DNA from: the human T2T-CHM13v2.0 reference genome, Homo sapiens
Assembly: GCF_009914755.1 (NCBI RefSeq)
Contig: NC_060927.1
Length of the DNA: 64,000 nucleotides
Direction: 5' to 3' (one strand)
In this document: positions 14,617 through 27,600 of the stretch, in pieces
Layout of the letters: each line of letters starts with the position of its first letter
Numbering within the stretch: the first letter of the stretch is position 1
Notes under the pieces: generated by a model
The model's database searches: none
The model's input: the letters and a program-made list of their open reading frames with translations, nothing else
Told to the model about the DNA's origin: nothing
Position numbers and translations under genes: made by a program

Positions 14617-14820
14617 CCAGTGGTGGCGTGCTGGTAAGCCCGCCCTCTGGAAAAAAGTAAAACTCAGGTTTGTTGTAGCGTTTGTCCATTTCATGGTGTC
14701 AGTGCTCCCACCATGTTTGCTTTCAAGCTGTCCACAGTTTAATGACCAGCTCACAGAATTCCTGAATATTGAAGAGCCAGGCTCTCAGGAGCCTACACGA
14801 GCTAGCCCCATCCACCACAG
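14617..14820. mobile_element. MER63A-like hAT MITE
   Basis: cagtggtggcgtgctggtaa...tgtagcgtttg...ctcccaccatg...ttcaagct...ggctctcaggagcc matches the consensus as I recall it. Confidence 0.65.
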
Positions 14821-16306
14821 CTTTCTCATCTCAAGGTATTGGCAGTCAGTGCAGATGGTAGCAGATAACTAATGTTGGGCTTCTAATAAATAGGTTAGCT
14901 GATAACAGGAGGTTAGCCAGCAACCGTGGTAAGAGCCATTAGCCACAGCATGGACCCTCGCTTTGCAGAGGGGGCCACAAGCATTCCCATCAGCATTGCA
15001 GGGAGCTTCGTGGGCCTGCCCCAAACCTACAAACTCCAAGGCTGCGTTGTAACATTATCCCCAGATAATCCAAGAGCACTTTATGGGTTGAGAGGCACTG
15101 GCTTAGATTTTAGCTGCTAAATCAGATTAACTGAGTTATAACTAACATTTCAGCCGGCACCTCCAATGTTAGTTGTTCAGGAAAGCGTTAGCTGATAATT
15201 AAATCATCCACTCATGGCCAGGGTGTTAGCTGTTAACCAAAGTATTATTCATAACTGGAGTGTTTGCTGCTGATTAATATGTCACATAGTGACTAGGATG
15301 TTAGTGATTAACAAATGTAAAATGTTAGCTTGTAATTTTAAGGTTTTAGGTATAACTGATACATTAGCAATAGTGGAAATGTTAACCCATAACTGAAATG
15401 TTACCTGTTACTAATTAGAGCTGAACTGTTCCCTGAAAACCTAGACACTGGCTGTTGTCATGGCTTTGCTGATGCCAAAGGCTGGTGCGGGGGTATGTTG
15501 TGATCACAGGTGTGAGCCTGAACCCAGGGCCCTAAGCTATAAAGAACAAAGGCGTTTGCTCATCTGCCTTTAGATAGTGCCCTGTCAACGCTTTCCCCAG
15601 TGACTCACATCCCAAAAGAGGGAACGTCTCTTTAAGATCAAAAAACCCCCAAAAGTCAAAGGAGTGTCTTAAGGTAGCATTCCAGATGGAGCTGTGGGCA
15701 GTGACCTTAGCTGCCCCAGCCACACAGTGGAATTGAGGGTTGAGGAATGTGTCTCCCTGGATAAAGAGCCCCCAAAGAGGCAAAATCATAGATTTGTAGA
15801 GATCCAAGTAATTATTCCAGTCACTTACCCTGCAAGACCTGGGACTCCAGGGTTGCAAGAGGTAGAATGGGGGTGATCCTGTGCACCCCCCTCCAACACA
15901 CACAGTGCCCTCTGCTTGTTTCTTGGGGCAGAACCACCCTGCCATCCTGAAGCCAAGGGTGGAAGGGAAGCAGTCCAGGCCTTGGACACCTGCCCGTGCC
16001 CACCAGTGAGCACGGTCCTGCCCGGAACAGGCGGGAGCAGGGGACATGGGTAACTCCTGCACCTCCTTGGAGAACACCTTCACTGTGCTACCCCAGTTCT
16101 CTGTCTCACAAGCACACCATTTTATTCCTTTCTTTAAACAATGAGAAAACTCAGGCTTAGGGAGGTCAAGTGACTTGTCCAAGGTCACTTCCTCCTCTCT
16201 GAGCCTCAGTTTCCTCCTCTATAAAATAGGTGATAGTAGGGTTAAAATGAGGTGTGTTAAACACCTGGCACAATGCTTGGCACAGACGGTTCTGTAAATG
16301 CTAATT

Positions 16307-16462
16307 CTTTTTTTGTAATTTGAGGTGGGGTCTGGCTCTGTTGCCCAGGCTGAAATGCAGTGGCTTGATCTCAGCTCACTTTCTGGGCTCAAGCCATCCT
16401 CAAACCATCCTCCCACCTCAGCCTCCTGAGTAGCTGAGACCACAGGCACATGCCACCATGCC
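16307..16462 (-). mobile_element. AluJ right arm / FRAM monomer
   Basis: Antisense Alu right-arm sequence (gggctcaagccatcctc). Confidence 0.85.
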
Positions 16463-16544
16463 CTTCTTCACTCTGCCTCAGTTTCCCCACACAGAAGTGA
16501 GAAAGTTTCTGTGGAGCACTGGTCCTGAGCAGTGCTAGAGACAT

Positions 16545-16990
16545 CATCACTTACTTACGCACTAGTATTTTTTGAGCCTCTACTGTGTGCCAGGTGCTTT
16601 GTAGAAACAGGGCTGGGGGACATGCAGTGGTTCACAAAACAGACAAAAATTCCTGTGCTCCAGGAGCTGATGGCCTGGCAGGAAGAGTCAGGTTGTAACA
16701 AAACGAATGGGAAAAATATATAGGAGTCAAATGGGGATGCGAGCTATGGGAAAAAGTCAAGCAGAGAAGGAGAATGGGGAGTGTTGGGAGCAATTTTGAA
16801 TAGGGTGGCCAGGCAAGACCTACCAAGAAGGTGACTCTAGGCAAAGATGTGAAGGAAGTGAAGGGCTGAGCCAGGTGAGTATGTGGAGGGGAAAATCTCC
16901 AGGTAGAAGTGACAGCCTGTGCAAAGGCCCTGAGGTGTGTTTGACCCAGACCCTTGGGGAGCACCCAGTCTGATGGAGGAGGCTGATGTC
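16545..16990 (-). mobile_element. L2 3' fragment
   Basis: ttgagcctctactgtgtgccaggtgct...gtgcaaaggccctgaggtg. Confidence 0.7.
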
Positions 16991-18661
16991 CGCCAGGGAC
17001 AGTGAGCAACTTTTGAGACATAATGCAGAATACAGGAGAATAGTGTCAAAGCCAGAGAGAGGGTGCCAGGCTGCAGCTGTGGCCGAGCAAAGACGTGATC
17101 TTCCACGGGTCCTCCCTTCTCACCCTTAGCAACAACCTCCTTCGTGGGGTGGCTGTAGGCCTCCCAGGGGTGGGCGTGATTCCCAGAACAATAGCAGAGC
17201 CTGGGCCAGGCCAGAGAAGCCAAGACAAACACAGTCAGGCTCTGTGAACTTCCTCAAGCCCCATGGCTGAGAGGCTGCCTGCTCGCTGGCCATGGCTTCC
17301 AGCCCTGGCCACAGACCAGGTTTGTGGCTGACGTGGGGGCTGGGCCCACAGGCAGCAGATGGACCTCATCCTGCCAAGGCCCTGCTCTCGTGTCTAGTCC
17401 AGCAAGGAGGAGTTGGAGGGTAATGGAGGGAGAGCCCCAGCCTGAGAGGCTCAGGATCTGAGTTCAAGTCACTTTGCCTCTCTAGGTTGCAGTTTCCTTT
17501 TTTGTAATTTTCACTATTCCAGGAAGTTGAAACTAGGCTGCCATTAATCCATTCAACAAATAGTGATAACGGTGGCGAAAGCGCAGTAGCCTGTGAGTGC
17601 CGGGCAGCATTCTCAGTGCTGCTAGGTAGCTCATTGAATCCTCCTCATGGTTTGGAGTATGTGCAGTTATTAGTCCCATTTTACAGATGGGGAAATTCAG
17701 GTTCAAGGAGGCTCATTACCTTGCCCAGCATCCCACAGCTTGTCAGTGGCTGTGCTGGGATTTGGACCCAGGCGGCCCCACTCCCGACCTGGGTGCCCCA
17801 CACTCTTCCGCCTCTTGTGCCCACCCCCGTGCCAGCCTGAGGATGCAGTAAGTAGGGCATGTGGCAGGCATGTCCCTGCTGTCACAGAGTGGGGTCTGGG
17901 AAGGGGGCAGAGATCCAGACACTCACACAGGAAGTGCAAGCCCTGCAGACGCACAGGGGAGGAGGCCCCGGAGTGAGCATGGACATTCACTGAGGCTGGG
18001 GCTCTTCGCTGTTGGCCTCCGGAGCAGCTCTTTTTGCCTGGTTAAAAACAAAGCAGGGGGTAGTCAGAGCCAGGTCCTTTTAGCTCTGGATCCCCCAGAC
18101 TGCATGACTTTGGACAAGGCCCTTTCACTTTCTCAGCCTCACCTTCCCCTTATGTGAAATGAGTTAGTGAAGCCCCTCACCAACAGCCAGGGCGCTGAGG
18201 ATCCTTAGGGCCTGCCTAGGATCTCTGGGATCAATGGCGAGCCCTGCTGCCCAGGCCCTTACCTCCCAAAGGATGCCTGGCTCCCCCTGCTGCTGCTGCT
18301 GCCCAGACACTTACCTCCCAAAGGATGCCCGGCTCCCCCTGCTGCTCAGCCACCCTCTTTTCTACTGCCCAGAGGGGATGGAGAAAAGTTGTCCTTGTGA
18401 GTTTCCTGGACAGTTGGGCCACAGGGCTTTTGGGTCTAGGGCTCAGAGGAGCCACGGAGGTTCACCAGCAAGAGTGGAAAAATACCACGTCCCACAGCAA
18501 GGCCTGCTGGGCCACCACCAGAGGCCCCTGGCAGCAGCTAGCACCAGCCTGTCCCTTGGGGATCCCGGGGGAGCCACAGAAAAGTTGAAAGCATGGCTCT
18601 CAGGGGCTTGTCCTCGGAGCAGCAGATTCTGCAAAGCAAGGGTGGCTTTCAAACCTGCTAC

Positions 18662-19512
18662 TGTAAACCAAAACCCATCTGAGACAGGGGGCTCGATGAG
18701 CTTAGAGGTTTATTTTGCCAAGGTTGAAGATGTGCTCAGGAAAGAGACTGAGCCACAGTAGGATCTGTGGCCTGCACTTTTTCCAAAGAGAGTTTTGAGA
18801 ACCTCAGTACACTAAAGGGGAGGCCCAGCACAGTAGCTCACACCTGTAATCCCAGCACTTGGGGGAGCCGAGGAGGGCAGATTGCTTAAGTTCAGGAGTC
18901 CAAGACCAACCTGGTCAACATGGCAAAACCCTGTTTCTACTAAAAAATACAAAAATTAGCTGGGCATCGTGGCGCGTACCTGTAGTCCCAGCTACTCAGG
19001 AGGCTGAGGTAGGAGGATCTCTTAGGCCCGGGAAGTTGAGACTGCAGTGAGCTTTGATTGCGCCATTGCACTCTAGCATGGGCGACAGAGACCGTGTCTT
19101 AAAAAAAAAATGTAAGGGGAAACAGCAGGAAGGGACAGAGGAACAGGTAATTCAGGTAATTATGCACGATGTCTCTCAGCAAATCTGCATTTTCCATAGG
19201 GTAGAGAACACACACATTTTCCATAGGGTAGGGTGTGTACACACGGTGGAGGAAGGAGACACATGCCTAGATGTGTGGGTGGATGGCTCATTTCTTGTCT
19301 CTTTGTCCGGCACCTGTGAAGATGAGCTGTGAGTTTACATTGTCAGGGTGAGGGAGGCCGCCTGGGGAGATACGTGGCCTGTATCTCACAACTCTCTGCT
19401 GAAGAACAGAAAGCAGGCCGGTTTTGTGCGTGTGTGTGACTCACTTCCCAAGCTTAACTTTTTCCTTCTGCATAGTGAGTTTGGGGTCCTGAGATTTTAT
19501 TTTCCCTTCACA
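18662..19512 (-). mobile_element. MER4-group ERV1 solo LTR interrupted by an Alu
   Basis: TG...CA termini (tgtaaaccaaaa / ttttcccttcaca), with gtttattttgccaaggtt and ggggtcctgagattttatttt segments. Confidence 0.8.
18822..19110 (+). mobile_element. AluJ-like SINE nested in the LTR
   Basis: Full dimer, A tail, taaagggga / taagggga flanks. Confidence 0.92.
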
Positions 19513-22360
19513 CGGCTGAGGTGGCGTGACCAGGATTTGGGGAGGAACAATGACACACATCCCAAAGGTGTGGGGACCTGACACCAGCTGGCCTGGATCC
19601 ATCCCGCATCCACCACCAGTAACTGTGATTGCAGGCAGGTGCCCCCACCTCTCTGGGCAGTCTCCTCATCTAGAAAATGCAGGTGAGGCTGATGCCTGGC
19701 TCTTCTCAGTTGTCTGAGGATTAAATGAGTTAAAACTCACGAAGCCCTTAGCTGAGTGCCCCGCACAAAATCCGCACTGCATAAGTGCTTGTTAAATAAA
19801 CTAACTACGTGAAAACAAAGAAAGCCACCTCCACACCCCTGTCCCTGACACAAAGCCCTCTGGTCACAGACCACTGGGTTGCTTGGCCCAGTGGAGGCCT
19901 GGCTGGCTTTGAAGTGGCCGCCCTCTGGAGACCCCTGCGGGGCTGCTGTCAGCAGCTATTGTTCGCCAGCCCGGGTGTGGCCCACAAAGGGCCCCAGAGG
20001 TGGGAACTGGTCGGGGCGCCTGGCCGCCTGTCCGCCTGTCCTCAGGAAGGGAGAGGCAGGTTGGTTTTCTTTTTTCACTTCTTTCCCCCCTTCTGTGGCT
20101 TCCTGATGTGCCCCCGCCCTCCACGTCTGCCTTCCCATCCTCGGGAAATCATGTAGGCTCCTGGCCTCAAGGAGAAGAGATGACGGTGGCTGGAGAAACT
20201 GAGGCCTGGAGGAACAAAGGACGCCCGGGGGCAGAGGCAGCAGTAGGGCCCAGCCTGTCAGTGTCGGAGAGCCATCCTGACAGTGCCGGCCAAAGAGGCT
20301 TCTTGAATGCTCACCGCAGGCCAGGGGCCATCGAGCAAGGTCAGCGTTCCCTTATCCTCAGTGGACAGATGGGGAAGCTGAGGCCCAGGTCACCAGCAAG
20401 GGGTGGCAGAGGCAGCGTGCAACCCCTGGTAGAGGTGGCTCCCCAGCTGACCCACAGCCTCTCTACCCCTCGACCTAGAGTGGCAGAGTGGGAGGCAACC
20501 TCAGAGCTCCTACGGTCCCAGCCCTTTACTTCCTGGTGGGGAAACAGTCTAGAGCGGACAGCGGCTTCCTGGAGGTCTCATGGCAAGCCAGCCTCTAAGC
20601 TTGGCTTCAGACCTGAGGGCCTCCCTACTGGCTGCCCTCTGGTCTTGGGGAGAATCAGTAAACTGCCAGTTGTGGGAGGCTTTTTGCTGGTCTGCTATGT
20701 GTGGGCTGTGGGGCAGGTCCCCATTCTGTTGCTTAAGCCCACATGACCCTGGGCAAGTGATGGACTCTCTCTGGGCCTCAGTTTTATTGTTGCAAAATGG
20801 AGATAGTAATAAAACTTACCTCAGAGGGTTAGGGCACGGGCCAGTGAAAATAGACGTCACAGCATTTGGAACAGTGCTAGGCACACAGTAAGTGCTCAAT
20901 AAACGCTGCCTAGGGGTTGTTGGGCTGAGGGCAGCTGAGCTAAGCAGGCCCTGAAAGCTTCCTTTTTGCCCTTTTCCAAAGCCCCTTTCTCATTGTTTCT
21001 ACTCAAAGGGATCATGGCCACAAGAATTTGCTCTGTCGAGGGTCGTGGTGCCAGCTAGGTGAGGTTTGGGGCTCTGTCACTATTGGTCAGTGTCTGTTAC
21101 ATACTTGGGCCCCAGCAGTGCCCTGGCACTGCACCCCCAACTCCATGGGCACATTTGTCCTGTTCTCTTCATCTCAATTTCCTCTCCTGTAAAATGGGTG
21201 CATTGACTGTGCAGTGGTTCCTCCAAGGTCCCCTGATCCCCAGATGCGGCCCAGGGCTCTGCCAACCAGTCTCAATGTTTCAAGGTGGCCACCATGAACT
21301 TTCTGCATGTCGAAGTAAAACACTTCATGCCTTTCTGCACAGAGGTTAGCCCTCCACAGGCTCTGGGTTCAAATCCTGGACTCCGTTGATGCCCTGGGCA
21401 AGTCCTTAAAGCCCACCAAGCCTCAGTTTCTCCACTGTAAACCACCGTCCTGGGGGGCATGGTGAGGATGAAGTGGGCTTGTGCCTGGGACGTTCCTACT
21501 CAGCCAGTGCCCTGCCTGAAACACTAGGATCAAACTGTCCATTCAGCCAGGCACCTTCAAACTCCTCCCAGGCATAATCTCTGTCTGGAAACTCCTTGTG
21601 TTGAATAAGATGGGAAAATCCATCCATGAGAACTGAAGCCACAAACAGCGCTTGCAGGACAAGAGGAGAGAAGGTCTTTGGGAGGAGATGGCCACGTCGT
21701 TTCTAGTCCCCACCTCACACCTGATCTTGGCCTGTCTGGAACATGCAGTGTGACCCAGGGAAGGCCATGGGTCTCCCAGAGGCCCGGTGAAGCGGGGAGC
21801 CTTTCCTATTCCCAGTTAAGGGCCTTTGAGAGGCCTCATTTTCTTCCCTGAAGGTCTCGTCCTTCCAGCAAAATCAGTGTCAACAACAGGCCCTCTTTCT
21901 GGAGCACCTACTGAGTGGCAGTGTTACAAGCATCATCCTATTGAATCCTCAGCTCACCCCTTGTTGAGGGGCTTCTATTACTCTTATCTGAATTCTACTC
22001 ATGAGGAAACAGGTCCAGAGAGGTTAAGCAATGTGCCTAAGATCACACAGCAAATGAGGGGACGGAGCTGGGATTTGAACCCTTGCTTATCTGATCCCTA
22101 ACCATAGGAATCATACCAACATTGTAGTTAGTTGTTAACTAATATGACCTGCATGCAATGGGCACATGCCATGGTTGGCAACCACTGGGCTGAGGCTTCT
22201 ACACACGCACTTGATAGCTTACTCTCTGATTTTGCTTTTTCCACCTCTACGCCCTGGAATGTCAGTTCCACGAAGGCAGGGATTTGTTTTCTGTCTTATC
22301 CACCACTGTATTTTGTGCTTAGATGGTGCCTGGGACAAACTATTTATAGGATGTTTTTCA

Positions 22361-22694
<334 letters not shown>

Positions 22695-22920
22695 AAATCT
22701 GTGAGGTAGGTACCTGTATATACCCAGATTACAGATGAGGCAGCTGAGACCCAGAGTGGTTAAGCAATGTGCCAAAGGCCGCACAGCAAGTAAGACAGCA
22801 AACCTGGCTCCAGAACTCCTGATCCTGACCAGTGCTCCCCTCTGCCTCTCTGAGAGGATGCTCAGACTTAGCAGCAGCAAGTGATGCCCATGGCCTCCTG
22901 AATCCCTCTCGCCCTTGCAG

Positions 22921-23055
22921 GTCGTCTACTTCACAGCCACTTTTCCATTCGCCATGCTCCTGGTGCTGCTGGTCCGAGGGCTGACGCTGCCGGGCGCGGG
23001 CGCAGGCATCAAGTTCTATCTGTATCCTGACATCACCCGCCTTGAGGACCCACAG
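22921..23055 (+). CDS. SLC6A6: Exon 7 (TM5)
   Basis: ccttgcag|GTC acceptor; [45 protein letters not shown]; CAG|gtactg donor; 135 nt. Confidence 0.97.
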
Positions 23056-24257
23056 GTACTGTGGGGCTGGGACACACCATCCTCCCTCCCATCCAGGGCT
23101 GGGCCGGCACAGGACAGGGCAGGATGTAGAGGCCACTGGCAGCACATCTTCCGTGGTTCTTCAGTGCACAGGTCTAGCTGGGCCACCGCCCCCTGGTACT
23201 TTTCCACCGGGCCTGTGGCGGGTGTGCCTGTCCACGGTGCTGATGGACCTTTCTAGCTGTGTGCATCTCTTTTCATGTCAAGGACGTCTGAGGGTGGCCA
23301 CTTAGAGAGGCTGCTTTAGGCCCTGCACCAAGGGGGAGAAATCTTCTGATGAGCAAGTCTCCCGCTCGGACCCAGCTTCTGCCCACTGCAGCCACAAGGG
23401 CTGCTGCATCCTGGGGATGGGAGAGTCGGGGCCTGGAGAGCTGCGGGCTTCCTTGGCTGAGGGTGGAATTCAGAGTTAATGGCCTTGGAGGGTCCACGGG
23501 CAGATACCGAAAGCACACCTTCTGGCACTCAGCCTTGTGACCTTGGGGAGGTGGAGAAAGCCCTGGGAGATTTTCTGGGTTTGTTTGAGGACCTGAATCC
23601 CCAGGGCCTTCCGGTTGCTTCCCAAGGGCCTGTGCTCTCCTTCCCCACCACCCTTCCCCCTGGACAGGACACAGTTGTGAGAGGGGTTGGCCAGCCCTGG
23701 AGGACAGCTGGGAACGAGCTGCTTAGTGAAGATTCTGGAGAGCAGCTTTGCCTGCATAGTTCCTTGGGACCTCCTTCTGCATTCTAACTCGGGGGTCTGC
23801 AAACAGTAACAACAATGGTGGTGACAGCAGCCTTGACTTACGGGCTTGCCATGTAACTGGCACTGGGCTGAATCGCCACTCTTTGAACCTGGGAAATAGC
23901 TCTATGGGGTAGGGCAAAGGAGCCCATTTTATAGATGTGAAAACTATCTATAAACTGCAGGAGTGATATTTACTTGCCCACTGTCATTCCAGGGTTGGAA
24001 TCCAGATCCATCTGCTTCTGAATCCTCTTAACCCTGATGCTAGGTCGCTGGGAGGTGGGGTGTTTGATTTCTGGGGCTCCTTGCAGCTCAGTACTGCCTT
24101 GAAAGGCACCTTGGATTCGAGCATAAATGTTCCATTTGCATGTGCAAGGTCCCGTCCCCAGGCCATCGCCAGGTGGACATAACCCTCGCTGCCTCCTCCA
24201 GGAAGCCAGCTCTGACAGCCCTCCTCTCTTTCCTTGCCACCTCCCTCCCCCTCATAG

Positions 24258-24361
24258 GTGTGGATTGACGCTGGGACTCAGATATTCTTCTCTTATGCCA
24301 TCTGCCTGGGGGCTATGACCTCGCTGGGGAGCTACAACAAGTACAAGTATAACTCGTACAG
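24258..24361 (+). CDS. SLC6A6: Exon 8 (TM6), ends at a non-canonical GC donor
   Basis: ctcatag|GTGTGG acceptor; [34 protein letters not shown]; AG|gcaagt donor keeps frame into exon 9; 104 nt. Confidence 0.95.
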
Positions 24362-24492
24362 GCAAGTGTTGCGCCGGCGGGCCTGGTGGACTTTAGAAAT
24401 GATGATGATGATGTTTAAAGAAAAAGAGAAGTAGGGAGCGTGGCTTCCTTGTGTTGTGAATTAACTTGCTCCCTGACATATGTGTAACTTAG

Positions 24493-24617
24493 GGACTGTA
24501 TGCTGCTGGGATGCCTGAACAGTGGTACCAGTTTTGTGTCTGGCTTCGCAATTTTTTCCATCCTGGGCTTCATGGCACAAGAGCAAGGGGTGGACATTGC
24601 TGATGTGGCTGAGTCAG
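24493..24617 (+). CDS. SLC6A6: Exon 9 (TM7)
   Basis: aacttag|GGAC acceptor; [41 protein letters not shown]; G|gtacgg donor; 125 nt. Confidence 0.96.
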
Positions 24618-27600
24618 GTACGGTGGTATCGGTGGCAGTGGTGGTGGGCACTGCCACCTAGTGTGTAAGCCAAGTACTGCAGGCATGAAGCCAGACCCCA
24701 GGGGGCTTTGAGGGGGGACGAGCCTGGTTTCTAAAATGGACCCCCCCCCCGCCACCAAGATATCCCCCAAATTTCAAAGAGTACAAAAGCCAAATTTTAA
24801 ACATTTTTATTGCAATTTGGCCCGAGGGGTGGCAAAAGCATGGGGGGTGGTTAAGTTGGGGAATTTTTAGCTACCTTAGTGTGGTCTTCCCCGCCCCCCC
24901 GTCCTTCCCCAGCAAACTCCTGGTTTCCACAATAGAAACCACTTTCCTAACTCAGGCCCAAGTCAGCCACCAATCGGCATTCCATCACCACCTTCTCAGC
25001 CTTGGTTTCTGTATTTTGCACTTTGCTCCCAGCGTGCTCCCTCTAAGCAGACGCATTCATCCATCCCACCGATTTCTCGTGAATGAGTCCCAACTCTGTG
25101 TCAGGCACCACCGTAGGCACTGGGTGCAGTGTGTGGGGGGAGGGCGTAGATGAGGGGACGACCTACTGGGACGGTGGCAGATCCAACTGGGGGTGGGTTG
25201 TAAGCACAGTGTCACCCCTCGGGGTGTGGGCCCTGTTGACCAGGCACTCTTCCTCGGGCTACCTGGAGTCACAGGCATGGAGGATGCCAGTGGCTTAGAA
25301 TCACGGACTCTGCACAGACGGGGAACTTAGGAATCTGGGATCCCAGAGTTCCAGCAAGGTGCTTCTGGAACCTGAGAATCATGGGGCCTTCAGTTGCTAG
25401 AATCTGCAATCTCTCAGGTGCCTCGATTCTGGGACTTGGCCATGGCTGCTTGAGGTCCTGGGTCTGTAGCTTTAATTGCAGTGGCTTGGGTTATGGGATT
25501 CCCTCAGGCTCCCAGGATCCTCAAAGTCCACCTTTCCGACCTCTCCACCCTTCCCCGGCCCTGCACAGTTTACTTGGAGGGTGGTCATCAGTTGGTTTTG
25601 TTATTTTACATGCTGAGCCCCCAGCCCCACCCCGTCCATGTCCTAATTTCATACAACTTCCCTGGGGCTACCTGGAGGTGGCAAGGTCCTGGGCTGAGGC
25701 TCCTTCCAAGCCGAAGGGAGAGCGTGGGGGTTATTAACTTCAGGGACCACCATAGACTAGGGCCAGACACAGCCGGAGGCCCTGCCATTCCACTGCCCTT
25801 GACCTCCTGTGCCATCTGTATTTGGAACATGAGGCGATGTCCCAGTCCCTGAGTCCTAGAGCCCTAGCACTGGGGGGTCAGAAGGTGCCTCAGCATCGCG
25901 TGTCCAGATGTTCCCTTCTCAGATGAGGAGACCAGCAACCTGAGAGCAAGGGCTTTGCTTGGGATAGGTGGGGCTACAACAGGGCTTTCTGAACATCCTG
26001 TCCACTATTTCTCCACTTGTCACACGCTGGACAGGCCTTCTGACACAAGGGTGTCCCCCTCCTGCCATCCAGCCCACCCTGGACACATGCAACAACCTCT
26101 GGCCCTTCCAGTGTGAGAATTTGGCCCTTGTGACCTCCCAGAGCCCCTGGCCCCTCCTCACTGTCTTCTTTGCTTGGCAGAGATGCACACTGCCCAGCCC
26201 CATCCTGAGACCCCTGACAACACTGCAGGACCCCCTTGGCAAATCCACATGTCACCCCCACACACCTCTCCACTGTCCCTGCTTCCAAAGTGGACCCTCA
26301 GATGTACTGTTCCCTCCACTGAGCCCAAAGAGCCCCCAAAAGCAGGCCAGAGACTGAGGACACAGAATGTAACTCCAGAAGTCCCCACGCCCCTTAGGGA
26401 GTTTGGCAATTAGAGTGGTGAGGGGGAGCCAGAGATGATTTATACCTCCTCTGTAGATGGCTTGCTTTCAGCTGAGGGCTTGCAAACCAATCGCAATTGA
26501 GTGGGAATCTCCAGGAGTATGGAGTGAATTTGGCAATGGGAGATACAGATAGATACATACAATGTATCTTCCTCCATGGACAACGAAGTATTTTCGTAGA
26601 CACATATATTGTCAATCTCAGTTGTTTTTTCCTCCCGTCCACTTCAAACACCTTGTCATTTATTCCCCACGGTGATGTCTGAACAGCCGGCACATCAAGG
26701 GTGATTATTTCTCTAATAAGCTTTTAACAAGCACCATATTGAGTGAAGTGCATTTGAACAAGATAATTATTTAGCCTAACAGAGTGCAAACAAGACGTGG
26801 CATGGCACATTGTCTGCTAGCAGAGAGGCATCCAGAGGTTCTCGGAGTGGCTGGATTATGTCTCCTGGACTTCTCTCTCTTGAGTTCACCATGCACTTTT
26901 AGAGAAAGACGCTCAGACCCTCTCCCAGAGGCTCGCTTGAGAAAGGCAAAACTAAAATACAGAAACGAGCGAATTGAGAATCTTCACAACGTCCCTGGTG
27001 GGTTGGGGGTTGTGGGGGCCCATTTTGCATCTGTCTTGCAGCTGGCTGGACTCGATTCCTCATTCAGTGTGGACCAGTCAGGGCCAACGCTGATGTTCTG
27101 TAGGGACCAGTGGGGCCCCGGTCTGGGTGGAAACGCCGCGGCTTTTGACTCCAACTTCAACTTTGATTCAAAAGTCATCTCACCGGGTCCTGGGGTCCAT
27201 ATTTTTCTGAACCTGGCCCTGGTTCTTTTGGGCATGTTCTGAGCAGTTTTGGGCTTGGTAACCCCCGCTCCTGATGGGGGTCTCCAGCATCTCAGTGAGC
27301 AACCACTCTGTCGCTGCCCAAGGATATATTTTGGTCAGGTTTTCTCTGGATTGTAAAAGGACACACCCTTCCCTGGCACACTGGGGGTGTTAACACCGTA
27401 TAATGTGGTTTCTGGTTCCAATTTATTGTAAAGTTGGGTTTTGCTTTTTGTTTTTCATTCTTGAGCCATTCGTCTGGTTTCTAATCCCTGCTGAACAGCT
27501 CCTGCTCTGGCCCTTTTTGTTTCCTGCTTCTTGACTTTTTTTTTTTTTTTTTTTTTTTAGTTGTAGATTTTACTTTCTTTTGCTGCCCTCGCTTCTCAGA

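Noticed and set aside
20000-20746. Longest unexplained ORFs (248 aa here; also 15532-16188, 37501-38103, 51365-52027)
   Set aside because: Mostly non-ATG starts, no recognisable domain, and overlap with MIR/Alu or antisense to real exons; expected by chance in GC-rich DNA.
21586-21596. TonE/NFAT5-like TGGAAACTCCT
   Set aside because: A short degenerate motif expected several times by chance in 64 kb, with no supporting context.
24399-24476. Possible C/D box snoRNA (ATGATGA ... CTGA) in the short intron
   Set aside because: The C box is part of a (GAT)n run, the CTGA coincides with the likely branch point ~17 nt from the acceptor, and there is no terminal stem.
27185-27246. Possible duplicated, mutually exclusive copy of exon 10 (GPGVHIFLNLALVLLGMF)
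   Set aside because: Similarity is limited to GPG and hydrophobicity; there is no acceptor at the equivalent position, the length is wrong and there is an in-frame stop.
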